The notes under the pieces are model-generated. The model searched no databases. It was not told the DNA's origin and saw only the letters and a list, made by a program, of their open reading frames with translations. The position numbers and the translations under genes are program-made. From positions 42,073-106,072 of the forward strand of contig NW_019218144.1 of assembly GCF_002571385.2 (NCBI RefSeq): a DNA stretch of 64,000 nt, written 5' to 3'. The DNA comes from Stylophora pistillata. Its lineage: Eukaryota. The first letter of the stretch is position 1. Each line of letters begins with the position of its first letter. Below, piece by piece: positions 32,796-47,600 of this stretch.

Positions 32796-35700
32796 CTACT
32801 TTTTTCTTTTCAAGACTACATAACAATCAGTGTACTTTACGCTTGCCAACTCTCTCGTTATGATTGTGAGACTCGCGAGTTGGGATACCACCTTAAACTA
32901 CTGTCATCAATTTTCCGCAAAATAACTCATCAAAACAAGACGAATAGCATATCTGAGAGATCAGAATGTACTTATTAACCCTACAAGTGCATCAGTGCAG
33001 TTTTCATTTGAGCGCCTCGAATATTTGCACACAAGGAAAAATAGACATTTCTCTAAGGAAGCTTATGTGATGCTTTTATGAGGCTAGGTAGTATATTTGT
33101 TCTAAGAAGCAGTTTCGGACGGGTGGACACATACGATCTGCTCTTGGCAGTCTGATATTCTGGAAAGGTCTGACACTGAAATAATACAAGGCAGTAGATA
33201 CATGATTCATTTCGGGGAGGGAAGCATTTCCATAACCCCTCCCCCTTATTCTAGGGTTCCTCCTTGTCCCACATGCGATCTGACCCCAATTTTTTTATTC
33301 TTTAATCATAATCTTCTAGCGCTCAACAGTTTCAAGTAATTTGTCAATCCACCTCTATATTGCCTGCGGCTCTGGTTGACATCACAACCTGGCGAGGGTT
33401 TCTCTTATCTTTCTGTAACCCAGTATTTTTTTATGATTAGGCTAACAAATTGCTGGCCTTGCGTGCGGGCAAATAGCGTGAATTATATGCGTGATGACAT
33501 GTTTACGCGTATGACATGAGTATGACACGTGCTTGATCATTGCTAAGAGTTGATTTCGCAAGTTGTATTCACAAAAAAAAAAGCAACGCAAAATAAAACT
33601 TAAATTCTTAAGGTGGAGGAAATAGCAAAGCCTTGATGAAACTCTGGAATTCAAGTCGGGATACATTGAAAATACTTAGAAAAATTGAACCATCATGAAA
33701 GTGTAAACTATATCTTTTTATCGGGAACAGATGCAAAGTGAAATTCCCATCGCATGCTGATGGTCTCTATCGGATGATTATGATATTAACAAAGTCTGTC
33801 TGGGTACTTGAAACATTTTGCCTGCGGCACTTTCGGAAATTTTCTTTGATAGCGCTTTCCTTTCAAAACGCGTTTCCAGAAGCTCATCATGATTCAGTCA
33901 TTGAGAAGTAGCATTTAATTTTTATTCAATATCTTCATTCTCCGAAAAAGTGGCTCTTGTGGTAGGAATCATCACACTGTGAGATTTCCCGGATCATGAG
34001 GCTAAGAAGATTTCCATTCAAGTCTATCTCGCCAGCCAAAGCTGCCAACGGGAGTAAAAAAAATTTCCGAAAAAAAACAGGAATTGTTAGAGATGACATG
34101 CTAATAAAGATATACTTTTTCGTTTACAAGTTCACGGGAAACTCTTTTTAACCAAGATCAAGCTAGTAGGGTTCCAAGCAGACTTAACCTCTAAATTTTT
34201 TTGTTAGGGCGCCTGCGATGAAAATCGGCAACGTCTGGAAAACCTTCGGTCCAAAAATAAACCTTCATTGCTCCTTAAATTTCTCTAATAATGAGCTAGA
34301 TGTGTTTATACCCCTTCAAAATGCTAGATATTCCCTGCAGAACACGTAATCGCATTTTAATTTGAAATAGAAAGGTAAATAGTTTACTGTCGGGGCTTTC
34401 ACTGACTGTGATTCTGAAGAACTTTTTACGACGCACGCTCTTCAGTTTCGTTCAGTTCTCGTCGGCGTCACCGACGCCGTAATGGTTCTCTCTGTCCGAG
34501 CATTTATAACGGCAGACACCCGTAGAAGATGCTAAAATAGGATCGTCTGTACTTACGTGCTTACTGAAACGAATACGATTTGTGGTCAACATAAATCAAT
34601 GCCTATTCTGAGGTTTGTGGCTTATATTTTCCATTTTAACACTGAAAATGTTTATGCTCAATGATATCCTCGTTTATCTTGACAAACACCAATTATAAGT
34701 CGACGAAATTGTGATGAGAATACGAATGGCCTTCCATGATGGAAAGTTTCCGGATAGACTTTGAGACGATATCGATAACAGCCAAAATCGCTTCTTATCT
34801 TCAATTAAAAAAAAAACAAGCAGCAAAAGTAATTAAAACAAAACAATAAACAGAAACAAGAACCAAAGCTGTAAGAATAACAGACAAGGCTGGGAGAATG
34901 TGTGAGTCATCCAAAGTATTTTGTTAAGATAGAAGGATTGAAAATTTTTTCTAAGAGGATGTTTCAGTTCGCCTTAATCTGAAAGATTCATACTCGAAAA
35001 ATCAACTTACTATTACTTTTACATCATGTATCATTTCCGAACATGTAGAAGGTTGATGGGTATTTTTATTCTTAGCGAGCTTTTGGCTGTCGTCTTAGAC
35101 AAACAGTGAACGACGAAACATCTTTCTCAGTGGGTTGTTTGGTTATCTATAAGATTTTCTGATACCAAAAGTTTATATTCTCTTGCTGATACTGATCGCA
35201 AAGATCACCATTCAGATGAATATCCTATTTAAAGACAAGGATGTTTATAACGCAGTTTTGCTAAACACTCGCTATCGCTGCACTGTACTCACCATGCACT
35301 TGAATTCATTTCATCAAATAAGGTCAGGCATTTTGACCATTTAACCCTGGCTCAACGTTTTTTCTTCTTCGTTTTTGCTTGTTTGTTTTAAGAAATCTCA
35401 AGAATCCTGTAATTGACTTTTCAAGTGCATAAACGGCGTGTCACTGCTGAGGCTTAGACACGCTTAGAGGAGATTAAAAACAGTAGGAGAACCATTGACT
35501 GTCGTGCGCTATGACGGAGGTAGTTTATTCTCCATTTAGTTGCCATACAGCGGCCTTGATTTCGCAATGGTACATGTCCGGAACAATGTCAAGGTCATCT
35601 TTGACTCAGAAGTAGCGAATGCCATCTGAAATTCCCCTTCTCTCTCATTCTCGATCCTTCTGTTATTACACAATCAGTCTGGGGGACCTCAATTTCCCTC

Positions 35701-36504
35701 TAACCGTCTGTCTTTGTTGACGATGTTGTTGTCGTTGTTGTTGTTGATATCGTTTCAATTTTTGTTTCTGTTTGTTTCGTCTGTTTTGCTTTGTATTTGT
35801 TTGGTTGTTTGCTTTGTATTTGTTTGGTTGTTTTGTGACGTGTATATTTAGAGTATAACGAACAATTTACTGCCACTTTGCAGTGGGATAAGTCATCAGA
35901 TTTTCTCAATAGTTGGCATTGTTTCCAAGTTTGGTGGCATGGCAATCTAATGTGCTCTATTACTTGCCTAAATTGCCTAAATAGAAATTTGTCAGAAAGT
36001 AGAGCTGCCAGCTCATTAAAGAAATGTCCTCACACAGTGTAAATACCTCCACAGTCTGATTCTCTTGCAACGTAAAATGGTGCTGCTTTTCAGATATGAA
36101 CAAGACGAGCGAAAATATATTCCATATGTGTGTCTACATGGCCAATTAATCGTGACCACAAATCAAGGAAGTCCTGTCGGCACACCAAATCCACCTTTTA
36201 AAACTTGTTTATCTAATACAAGTTTGAAGACTTGTGGAAGAAAGCCAGAACGTTGAAATTTTCCAGTTGTGTGACTAAAAATCATGCGATCTGGCTAAGT
36301 TCTTTTAGAGCAACAAAATCATTGTCCGAATTCATGATTTAACTGAACTAACTAATAATTTAGACTACAATTACTTTGAATTCGAGAAGCGTTTCCTATT
36401 TAGAGATTGTTCCAATGTAACTTTTTGGAGCTAGAATATTAAAGAATTAGTTACTTTTTTTAATGAGTTCCTTCTTGAAGCGATCTCTCCTTACCCACCA
36501 GCCA

Positions 36505-36615
36505 CCTCGAAACGTTTTTCGGTGGCCAATTTACATTAGCAACCTAGTTGATAAAACCAAATTATCTTGCCATACTCCCCCACTGACGCAGCACTATAGT
36601 TTTTTCAGAAACTCA
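36505..36615 (+). mobile_element. Penelope-like pLTR remnant
   Basis: CTCGAAACGT...CGGTGGCCAATTTACATTAGCAACCTAGTTGATAAAACCAAATTATC is similar to the pLTR at 53104-53175. Confidence 0.5.
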
Positions 36616-36845
36616 CGCACTTTATTCATCACAGAAGTTAGTTCGCTCCAAGGTAAAACCTATGCTTACTTTTCATTCTCTAAATTGCCGCCACTTTTCG
36701 TGACAGTAAGAAAAAGAATATGAGCAGCCTAAAGCCACAGGGCGCCCAGATTTACGATATCTCCAATTTTTATCTCTTCACCACCACAACAGCGATTAGT
36801 TTTTGAAATATTTACTACGGTGGCCAATTTACATTTATCAATTTA

Positions 36846-37290
36846 CCGCCGCCCAGTTAGCTCAATGGATAGTGCGCTGGACTGTTGTGCGGGAGGTCGA
36901 GGGTTCGAGCCCCGGCCGGACCAACACTCAAGGTCTTAAAATAATTGAGAAGAATTTGCTACCTTTCTATAACAACATCAAGAAATGGTTAGATATTCTA
37001 GTCTTCTCGGATAGGGACGAATAAATAGAGGTCCCGTCTCCTGCAGAGTTGGGGTAGGAGACGTTAATTTCCCACACACGAGATTACTGTGTGATGGATG
37101 TCTTCCCCTGTGGTGGGATGGCTGGGAAGGTGAGATCGATATGGACTGAAGCGGCTGCCAGAGGCGCCTGAGAAAATGCCGACGTCTGTTCTCAACCTTA
37201 ACAACATCTCATTGTAACAAACCTGTAATTCAGTTCTCTGCAAAAGGTTTGAATAAGCATCATATTAGTATTAGTATCTATCAACTCAGT
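36846..37290 (+). mobile_element. tRNA-derived SINE (head intact)
   Basis: GCCCAGTTAGCTCAATGGATAGTGCGC...GGGAGGTCGAGGGTTCGAGCCCCGGCCGGACC head. The body is shared with 32527-32672; possible (TTAGTA)n tail near 37262-37277. Confidence 0.7.
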
Positions 37291-40200
37291 GGGTATCTAC
37301 GGGCACAAAACAACACAAAGCATGTGGATAAAGAAAATTGGCTTCGCATTATCTTCATGATTATTAAGAATCTCTAAGCCAATGCAATACGCTAGCAATG
37401 CTTTCTCAGTTTAAGCCTTATGGGTTCTCAGAAGAAGCAATACAATTTAATTCTGTCATGATGAAAAAAACATAGACAACGTCTAAAGAAGAGAAGAATG
37501 TAGACAATAATAGATCATTTGTGAGGGGCGGTCACTTTTCTTTTAAACGATATTAATTGTTTGAAATATAATGAGATTTCCATAAAACGTTTCCAAATTT
37601 TCGAGATATTCAAGATAAATTTAGACGAAGCAGCTAATCAACATTCCTCATTTAAAAAAGGTTTATATACCTTCAAATATCCAGCCTTGTTAATTCGTCA
37701 TTTACAATTCGCGATCAAATTTTTTTTCAGTAATCACGCGATAGCTTTTTTTCTTTCCTCGGTTTTTTTCTAACTTAACAAATCTTTTTCTAAGTTTGAA
37801 GGCTTGATGAGCCACACAAAAGCGCATCTCATCATCAGGGCATTTAGCAGCAGAGTATCTCCCATTTCAAACTCCTACATAGCTGGTGAAAATATCATCA
37901 GACTCGACTGATAGCAAAGTGGTTCCATATAGTGTGTCTTTCAGCTAAGGTCTTCCTTCAAATAACCTTCACACCAGTATCAGTTTAGAGCCAACATTGT
38001 TTTTAATGCTTTGAATACCGTAAACAATGCATTTTCCTATAAATATAAATCGTTACAATTGATTTCATTAGAACAGACAGGTTCACTTCTTTGTCTCATC
38101 AAGATCTGCAAACCTCTTAGCTCATGAAAATGCGTGACAGAATATTTAATCTCTGTTTCGCGATTTCATTTTCGGCTCTTATCAGCCAAGGAATATGTCT
38201 GGTTTCTTTTAATGAGACAGAAGGTAAGTTCTTCCGTTTCAATTGAGATGCTTCCCTAAGTCCTATTAACAGTGTCGAGCCACACCTAATCTTTCTTAAT
38301 TCGGGTGTTCAAATGTTGGAGGAATGCGGCAGATTTAAAATGTTTCGTCGTCAGTGCCATCTCCAACTTGGTTGTAATTAGGGATGTGCGCCAGCAAGAA
38401 CGTACCCGTCAGTATTTGTGATACACCGCTGTAACGTACTAGCTATGCCTTTTATTGCAAGGTTTACAAAAAAGAAGTCACCTCATACACCTGACAGACG
38501 AATAACGAGAAATTCAATGAATTGATAACATGAGTCAATTAGCCTGCTTATCGCAAAAAAAAAACAAACAAACAAACAAAAAACAAAAAACAAAAAAAGG
38601 GCTGCTCAAGTAAATATAATGGATATTTTCTCCGTGTAATTTAGTAACAAGCACTCAACACATATCAACCAAAAGTACTGGTGATGCTGGTGATGATAGA
38701 TTTTATTCCTGTTGCGGTTTCGCTTATACAACTAAAGATTGTTTTCTTTGCCTTTCCACTGTTCTTTTTCCGTATTATCATTTGTTTTGGTCGGTGATGA
38801 TGCCGCAAAAGGTGGAGAGACTTTTTCTTCAACCAATCAGTTCGTGATTAAAATTGATTTAGATTGAAAGTTTTTGTTCCGGAGAAACAATTCCAGTTTA
38901 ATTTCAAAATAAGCGAAATACTTCCTTATTTTGCATAGTTGGAAAGCAGATTATATTATTCCATATTCGGTAACATAATTTCTATTGAGGTTGCAACACA
39001 AGGAAAGGAAAAGTACTTCCTATGTCGTAATTACCAAAGCGATGCAGCAGTCCTCGCTACAAGCAATCGAAAAAACTCCTGTTGTTGTTTACTTATTTGG
39101 ATTGACTTGTTTGTCAACACTTGTAACTGAAGATGTCCACGGAAAGTTAAAATAAATAGTGATAATTCTCCAAGTCGCATAAGTACTTTGCATAGTTAAG
39201 CGCTAAGACAGCATAAGATGTTGACTATTTATGAATGTAACATTCTACCGTTCTTCGATTAACTTAAAAAAAAAAGAAGTAGACAAACAAAACAACGGTA
39301 GATATTTCCCGAAATACTCCCGTTGCTTTCAAGATTCTTCTGGCAACTTTAAACAATGGTCAAGAATTAGTGGAAAAGTATCATCTGTTGTTTGTTTCAG
39401 TATATTGCTATTTCATAACTATAGCCATCATCGTTTTGAGATTTTTCGCAGTACTAGTCCAATCACCAATTACAGGTCTGAGACCTTTCTTAGGTCAGCA
39501 TCAGTTGCTTTCATGATTTCAGAACAAAGGGAATATGTGAAGTATTGCTGCTGGGTCCTGAGGCCAAACGCACTCCTCGTAACTTAATTCAGTCACGTTT
39601 TTACCTTGACAATCGTGCACCTTTCTCCAACTGCAACAATTTCATGCAGACTCGTTAAAAGGGCCATTTTTTCGCCATTTAGCCTGGAGCAATCTTCCCA
39701 CCTGCAATCGAACTAGCTTATGAGTTAAATAAGAACAAATGCTCAGTGTAATGAATTGCGCGTGCAAAAAGATGTGCTTAAGGCTAATCATGCTTCACCT
39801 TTTGGCCTAAAGCAAAACAGACCCGTCAAACAACAAAAAACATATGCGGTGAATCAAACAAATTTGCAAATCGACGCTAAGGGGATAGATTAAAAGCCAC
39901 TAAAAGATTTCACAAATGAGTGTTATTTGATGAAAATTAAGTCGCACAGCTAGTAAAGTAGAATAAGGATTCCTATAAAACCTTTTGTCTAAAATATTTG
40001 GTAGAGTGATCGAGGAATGCTCTGAAGAAATCACATAAGATATATTTTGGCAAAGGTTCAGTATATTTCAAATTCGTAAACGTCCCGCAGATCTTGTAGC
40101 CTTCAATGTCATGGTAAAGCTTAGCCAGCATTGACGCATTCGTATTTTTCCCAGCTCTATAAGTACAAAAGACTTATCGTAATCGCCCTTTTACTTTTTA

Positions 40201-41519
40201 AGATGAATACCCAATTGTTTAACCTTTACATAATTTGAGTGGATGATATGAAAAGTTGAATCCGTCAATTTCGACGAGCATAACTTGACGACTTAAACAC
40301 TTAGCACCACATTTTTTTTTGTTATGAACAGCCTGAAAAGCGATCGAAGTAACATATGCTTGAAAAAAAAAATTGCCAAAATTTGGACCAATTCTTCGAG
40401 CCCCGATGAAAGGAACATTTAGAAGCTAATTTGGACTAGTGTACATTCAAGTAGCTTTAAGGTAATGCATGCAGTTGAATTTATATTGAGTCTCTGTGGT
40501 ATACCTTAATTGGAATCATTATATTCTATCCGCTCACTGCAGGGAAAAAATAGTGGCGATTAAGACCATGTGCGGTTCTTCCTTTTTGAAGCTTTATTTG
40601 AGTTATCCTTATCCTTGTAGTGACGTTCCTCTACAATATCTGTCTTACAGATTACAATTGCGTCGAGGAACGACTTTTCCACTAATCACAGCAAACACAC
40701 AAATGAATTACCGAAATCTGATCTAATTCTGATCGCACTCTACGTTGAAGTTATGTTATACAAGTGCATCTTTTTAGTGTGTTCTATCAATTAACAAACG
40801 GCTTTTCTGCCAAGTAAACTCGTTTGTTATTCACAAGTTAAGGATTTGACAGAGAAAGAACAGGTAACGCTTGATTCCTCATGTATTGTACAAAAATTAT
40901 TTAAAAAATAAAAAATACTTGGCTTGCGTTTTTCCTAAGAGCTACACGTGCTGAACTTTGTCCATATATCATCTCCTGCTGCCAGAGAAGTAGTAACCCA
41001 GAACTTTCAGAACGTTTTTTAAATTCCAACACCATATGGATTCGAGTCAAGAACTTACAGGAAAAAAAGCAATTTGGTGTTAAGTTTCTACAAGTTTTCT
41101 GAGAATGCGAAGGTCAACCCCGGACAAACAATTATGTTATTTCTTTTTTCATAGACTTTTTTCATTCAAGGATTTCCTTTGCAGTAGAAATTTTACGGAA
41201 ATGATTCTCATATGATGCAAAATACATATCAGTGTAGTTTTATCAAGTTTTTATATATAGTCACTCAGTATTCTATTGTGTTATCGCAATGAGGAAAACG
41301 TCTTTAATTTGAATCAAATTAGACTCACACTGGCATATCAAGTGTCTTTCAACAGCATTGCTCAACTGCATTAGAAAGGCAATACCCTTCAAACTGTCGC
41401 TCTCAGATTTCGAACAGCCCCATATGGATTTAAGACACCAGACAGTTCGCGATGCTTATTTTATCGCCATCTCGAGTTGATAGCCGAGGTCTGAAGAGTG
41501 AAGCATTTACCAAACGACA

Positions 41520-41625
41520 ATGAGAAGTTTTACCTTTTTTCATTTGGCGATATGCTTGTGTTCAGTAGCTCTTCTACCAAGTGCCTTTTGTGCTCCCAAG
41601 AAATTGTTGGACACTAACTTCGAAG
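41520..41625 (+). CDS. Gene B coding exon 1: signal peptide
   Basis: [35 protein letters not shown](G); ACAATG context; donor G|GTTTGT is phase 1. Too short for the ORF track. Confidence 0.75.
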
Positions 41626-44600
41626 GTTTGTTACGTACAGTCTTAATTCCTTCCCTAAATTATTCCCTGTGTCGAACAAAAAAACCAATTTAAGTAATTC
41701 GTTTGAGTGGTGAAACCAGTTTTCAAACTAATTAACACATGAAGTTGTTGCCAATTAAAAAAGAAGGAATAAAAGTAAGTCTTCTTCTAAAAAAACCAAT
41801 TCGTAGAAATTTATCCCTGCCATTTAATCAGTTTAAAAGTCGATTGTTTGAAAATCTGAAGAATACGTAAATGAGTCGTTCACTAATACGATGTAGCTAG
41901 TTACAGACAAAAATAAAAAGAACTCCCTTGAAAATTCTGATGAATGGAAGGAAATCTCAGTTTCTAAAAACGGTTTTATCGGTGTTAGTGTGTTGTAGAA
42001 TTTCTTAAAAGTGAAGAGCTTGAAATTTTTTTCGGGGAGATTATTCTAACTGACTGCAGCGAAGAAGTCTAAGACCTGATGGAGGAAGCCAAAAAACGAA
42101 GATACGGCCTCCAGATGTCTATTCCTTCCTTTTCGTTTCCCTTTCGTTCCGTTATTCTCGCAGTGTTCGAGAGACAACTTTGAACAACTCTTGTAACATT
42201 CAGCTTTTATTAGTTTCTCTTTTGTAAAAGTAGCACCTGCAGCAAGACTGTCTTTGCCTGTCTTTATTACGTAATAACGCATTCCGCTTTAGTTTCTCTT
42301 TAGTAAAAGCAGCACCTGCAGCAAGACTGTCTTTACCTGTCTTTATTACGTAATAACACCTCTTTATTTGCTGGTTTCTTTGTTTTTCACTCAATAAGAG
42401 CATTCAACATGTGCCTCATAATTGATATGCTGCACTAAGTTCAAGCATATGGGTCATATGGTTCGCAGACGTTCGCTTAAGAGCAAAGTAAATGATCACG
42501 TCTTTAATTTAGTAAACACCCATCTTTATCAAGAGAGAATGATGTAAAAAATTTTCACTAGTTTAATAGTTTTCTTGGAGCCACGCAGCTTTTAAACAGT
42601 TACCGCCACCAAAAGTTTTATTTCACTGATGGATTCCTCAATTTCCCGATTCTTCTCATTCTACCGATGCTGGAGAAAAAAAATCTTTACTGCTGTCACC
42701 TCGTTCCATACCGTTATCCATACTTATTTAATCATGTTCTGGTCGGCTGTTATTAATGACAAAACGGCTGAAAGTTTGCGACTTAGCGGATTTGGTTAAG
42801 AGATTGCTCTGATTTAACGCTAAAACAGATTCTGTCCATCGGAAAAAAAAAGGGTTCCTGCCCAAATGTTGTATTTTGGCGTGATTAAAAAATGATTAAG
42901 GACATTATTCGAAAAATTCCTCGCTGATCCCAGCAAGGTATACATTTCTAGATTTGAATGTAATTTTCCTTTTTCCTCCTGTTGTGAATGTAAGCAACAT
43001 TTTTCACGGATACTCCATCATGGAACAAAAGATTGCTTCTCCTGAAATCCATCAATTTCAAGAGTGTTGATTTCAAAATCCTATTGATATTACACAAGGA
43101 TTCCGACTGCTATCGACAGCCAAACGATAATTAATGTGTTGCTTCTTATCTGATCTGTTAAAAAACGTTAAGTTACTCTCAAATTTAGACATAAAAAGTA
43201 TTTGAATTATTATTGTGAAGAAGTCGTGTTGTTAAGTTAATTTAATTCGCGATACGCAACTCGAAAATCTTTTAAGGAAGTACTGTTCTTTCCGACTTAT
43301 CAAATCGGCTGTATATGTACGTTGTCACTGTATTTCGATTGTCCTATAACAATCTTATTTGCATAGCTTGGTTGTGACCTTGAATCAATTTTCAGAGACT
43401 TCGTGCAACGGCAGTACGGCGTACCCTAAGTTCTACACCTATAATAATTCAGTTTAACTGCCATGACCAGGAACACTTCAACCGATTAACACAAAAAGTA
43501 TTTATAGCAAATAATAAAGAGAAAGCTTGCAATGCACGCAATTTTCGCTTGAGGTTTGTAGCGAAGTTCAGGGCTAACTCGAAAAATTTCCCTTAAGTTT
43601 GACCCGTACTCTTTACTGTATTCTTGTTAAATCAGTTAAGATTCAAGTTTTGTCAGAATCCAAACATGAGTTTTAATTTTGTCCCACAAGGCAGGAAGAA
43701 ATGCCAAAAGTAATCTACTGTCCTCTTGCTAGTTTGTATTTTGAACCTCGAGAGATCGAGATCAGACAGGCTGGGCTCCTTCTGTAAAATATCGGAGAAT
43801 ATTCACCATAATCCCATCAATCATTTTTCGTTGTTGGAGGTTAGGAACACGTGATCTAAATTTCCCTTTGATATTGCTTTAGGAAACTGTAACTTTGATT
43901 CCGAGTCATTCTGCAAATGGCGCCCAGTTCAAGGCCGTAACTTCTTCAACTGGCAGCTACAAAAAGGCACCACTCCAAGCGCGGGAACTGGGCCGAAAAG
44001 AGATCATACTGGAAACAACGGTAAACATAGTTCTATATTAAACTATACGGGTGTATGATGCATAAATACGAAACACTTGAAATAAAATAGTCATAAGCTC
44101 CATGTAAGAAATTTTCGGACCAGGGATGCATGTCGAAGTTACATCAAAGTTTTCTTAGAATCTTCTCTGTTTTATCGCTCAAAAGTCGTCACCCAGCTCT
44201 TGGTTAGAAGGTCAACAGATGGTTAGTTGACCAGTCCTGAAAGCTGAAATACATTGTAGCTGGCTCAAACTTTTTACACAGTGAGTGATGAAGATGGTTA
44301 AAATGATGTCTGAAAAAAATTCGAAGATGGGTTTACTTCACCAAATTCTATGCTGAAATTATTTTCTCTTCGGTAAAGCAATCCTTATTTTTTCAGGCCT
44401 CAAGAATTTGTTAATGTTCCTGCCCTCCAAAAAATAGTGTTCCCGAGTTGATAGACATAAAAATTTCTTTCGAGGCCTTAGTTGATAACTGCCTTTGGCT
44501 CGATTTTACATAAAAAAAAAAAAATTAATGTAAGAGAACCTGAGTTAGTGCTTGAGTCCTTTTTTTTTCTTCTTCATATCATGACAGGTCACTACGCATA

Positions 44601-47600
44601 CATCGAGTCGTCGTCTCCCCGGAAGATGGGGGACCGTGCCCGGCTCATTCACGGTCCTTTTAGTGGCGTACTTTGTCTTCACTTCTCATACAGCATGATT
44701 GGAAGTTCTATAGGACAATTGAACATTTATCATGTTCTCCACGGTATGGAACTGAATATGTGGTCCAAGGATGGACAACAGCGCGGTGCAGATTGGCACT
44801 CTGACAATGCAACTTTGTATGGAAAAAACTTCTATGTAAGTCGTTAGAAAATCAAATTTTGTTCCGACTTTCTTTGAGAAACGTTTACAATGACGAAGTA
44901 TATAAAGCAGAAGTAATGTGTTTCAGTTTTTATGGGTGTAGGAAACTGTAGCATTAGACAAAAAAAATTACATTTTATTTACATCTTAAATTAATTTGAC
45001 TCCTATGTGAACTTTACCAGGTTTATTGAACTTCCCTAATATTGCGCTCTATGATCAGTTACTCACATCTGCTAAGACTTTCGCGTCTACCTATTATAAT
45101 ATTCACAGCAGAATTGGACCTGAAAAAAGTAAGCGCAGACTCACATCGATCATTGTTTCATTCCTAACTATTGATCAACGATCTCAAACCTAAAGTTTGT
45201 ACTACATGGTTGGAATGTTGTATTTTTATTATTTTTTTTTTTGTATTTTCTTTCATGATTGGATTGTTATTTTATCTCTATTTGCAATCACACATATATG
45301 TAAAATTAACACTGAGAGAGAGTTCTGGTTCCCTTCCTTCGAGAAATGATCCCGCGTATACCCTTCACAGCGTGTGGACAACTTCCCGCCCATGTTTTTT
45401 ACTTTGGAATAAAGTATTCGGCCTTAAATTTTTCGCTTTTTGCTCTACCTTTGCGAACTCAAGCAGCCATAAATATTCCTGAAGAAATTAAATGTCACGT
45501 TTTGATCACGAATAGTTAAAATCATGAAATAGGTCTCCAAAAGTTTCATTTCTTCAGTTTCCAAAACTGATTCAAACACTCTTCACAAGAGAAGAGTGAT
45601 TAAAAGTAGAATAATAAGATAACCATGGAAAGGTTGCACATAAATAACCCTCTTGCTAATTATTCTCAGGTGATAATTGAGGCCGTCGTTGGAAAAAGTT
45701 ACACCAGCGACATTGGTATTGATGACATCTATTTTACAAAGGGCTCTTGTCGCGGTGAAAATTTGGCATTTGAAGTAAACTCGACTGAATCAGGAGGTAA
45801 AATATTGAGACACTGTCAACGAGAAGTCTTTGGGCCACTTAGAATCCAGTATTTGATCAGTGCCTCTCCTACCAAGGAGCTGAACATTTTTCGCTTTTCA
45901 AAGTTAAGACATATTTCGCTCTGACCAAGGGCTAACGCTCGAAACGTCAGCTTTGAAACTCTTTACGGTGACCAAGCTACCTTGTTAAGACAATTTCTAG
46001 TTGGCTCATGGATTTGCATAATTTCACTGTTATCTGCCTCTCCTGTTAACTAAATAATGTTTTTAAAATGGGAAACGGGAAAAGTTTAGCAACTCAATTT
46101 CCCGACTTGCATTCATCCACAGTTATAGCTTTGCTGTTGCGTTTTGATGTAGGTAACGTTTCTTTGAAGACGCCGAACCTTTAGGGAATAGACGTATAGC
46201 AAACAAGCAAACAAAACAAATAGATAACAAGATCAAACAAGAAAAGGAAAGGAAATTTAATTATTCCTCAAAGCGTTAACATCTACGTTCGTCCTATGTG
46301 TCAACTGAGCAGAGTCTTGTTTTCTGGTCGCAGACAAAATTAAAAATTAATATTGCGTTTCTTTTTTTTGGATCACCAGAAGTCCAGTTCGGCATTTTTA
46401 ATGAACAGATATGGGTATATTTCAAAGATAGCGTTTAATTTAAATTGATCATAACAACCATTTTCTACCTCAAGGAAAATGCTCCTTTAACATGGGATTG
46501 TGTGATTGGGCAAACGACTTGACTAATAGTGATACAAGTCCATGGATGCTGAGTTCTTACCGAGGACGAGGTCAGAGCAAAAAGGATTCAGCTGTTGGCA
46601 GACTAGATCATGGAAATAATCTAGGTATGACGCGAAGATATGGAAGAATTCGTAACTGACTCGCATATTAAGTAGCCTGAATTTCAGCCACCTCCTCCGC
46701 TCGCTAACTCACTCGGGGAGAGAGGCGACTTACATATTAAGAAGAGACCTCTGCTGTTTCACCGTTTGAAACGAGAAATGGAGCATGATAATGTGGATTT
46801 TGTCGTTCAAACTGAAAAGATTGCCTTGTTCATCTCTAAAATAATGACGGTTACGTCGTAACTGCTCTGTTTCTAGGCTGATCTCAATTCTTTTTGCCTT
46901 TTCACGCAGTTTCATTCTTAATCGTGGTTTTAACGCATGCCTGAAAGAAACTTTTCGCTTTTAGTTGTCTGCTTTGCCTTTGCTAGACAATGACGATGAA
47001 AATGAAAGACAACATTTTGTTTTTCAACTTTCCGTTGGAGAACGGCTGACTATTTGTGGAAGAATATCATTTACCACTGAAGCGCTTTATTACCTCAAAT
47101 TTTTTAACAGGGGGGAAATATGTTTACGCAATGAAATCACAAGGAAAACCATCTAAATATCGAATGGTGTCTCCAGAAGTATGTGGCACAAAGTGTGTCG
47201 AGCTGTTTTACTTCACCAATAACTTCCAAAAAAGCGAACTCAGATTGTTGGCTGGCAAAGACCAAGGAGAGGATCGTGTTTGGTTTGAATCTGGGCTTGG
47301 AAAGAAAACGGACGACTGGACACGGGCCGTGGTTGAAATAAAAGCAGAAGAAACCACCTGTTTTAAGGTGATAAGAAATTCATTCTGATTGATGGGACAC
47401 ACCTTTCGTCTTTCTGGTTCCCCTCAAACTGACGCATAAAAAATCCATAAAGCAGAAATGAGTCAGGCCTAAAGTACAACCTATGAGCTGTCAGGCAAAA
47501 ATGTTAAGATATATTTATTTATCAAAATGCTATTCTAATTTGTCTTACACAGCTTGTATTTGAGGCCCGTCTTCACCAAACAACATCATTAGTGGGCTTA

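Noticed and set aside
26300-41400. Short ORFs and isolated splice-like signals in the intergenic region (e.g. near 28790 minus, 38223 plus)
   Set aside because: No recognisable protein motifs or consistent exon chain; cannot be supported without transcript data.
11520-41520. The start codons of genes A and B are exactly 30,000 bp apart
   Set aside because: Intron and intergenic lengths are otherwise unrelated; coincidence.
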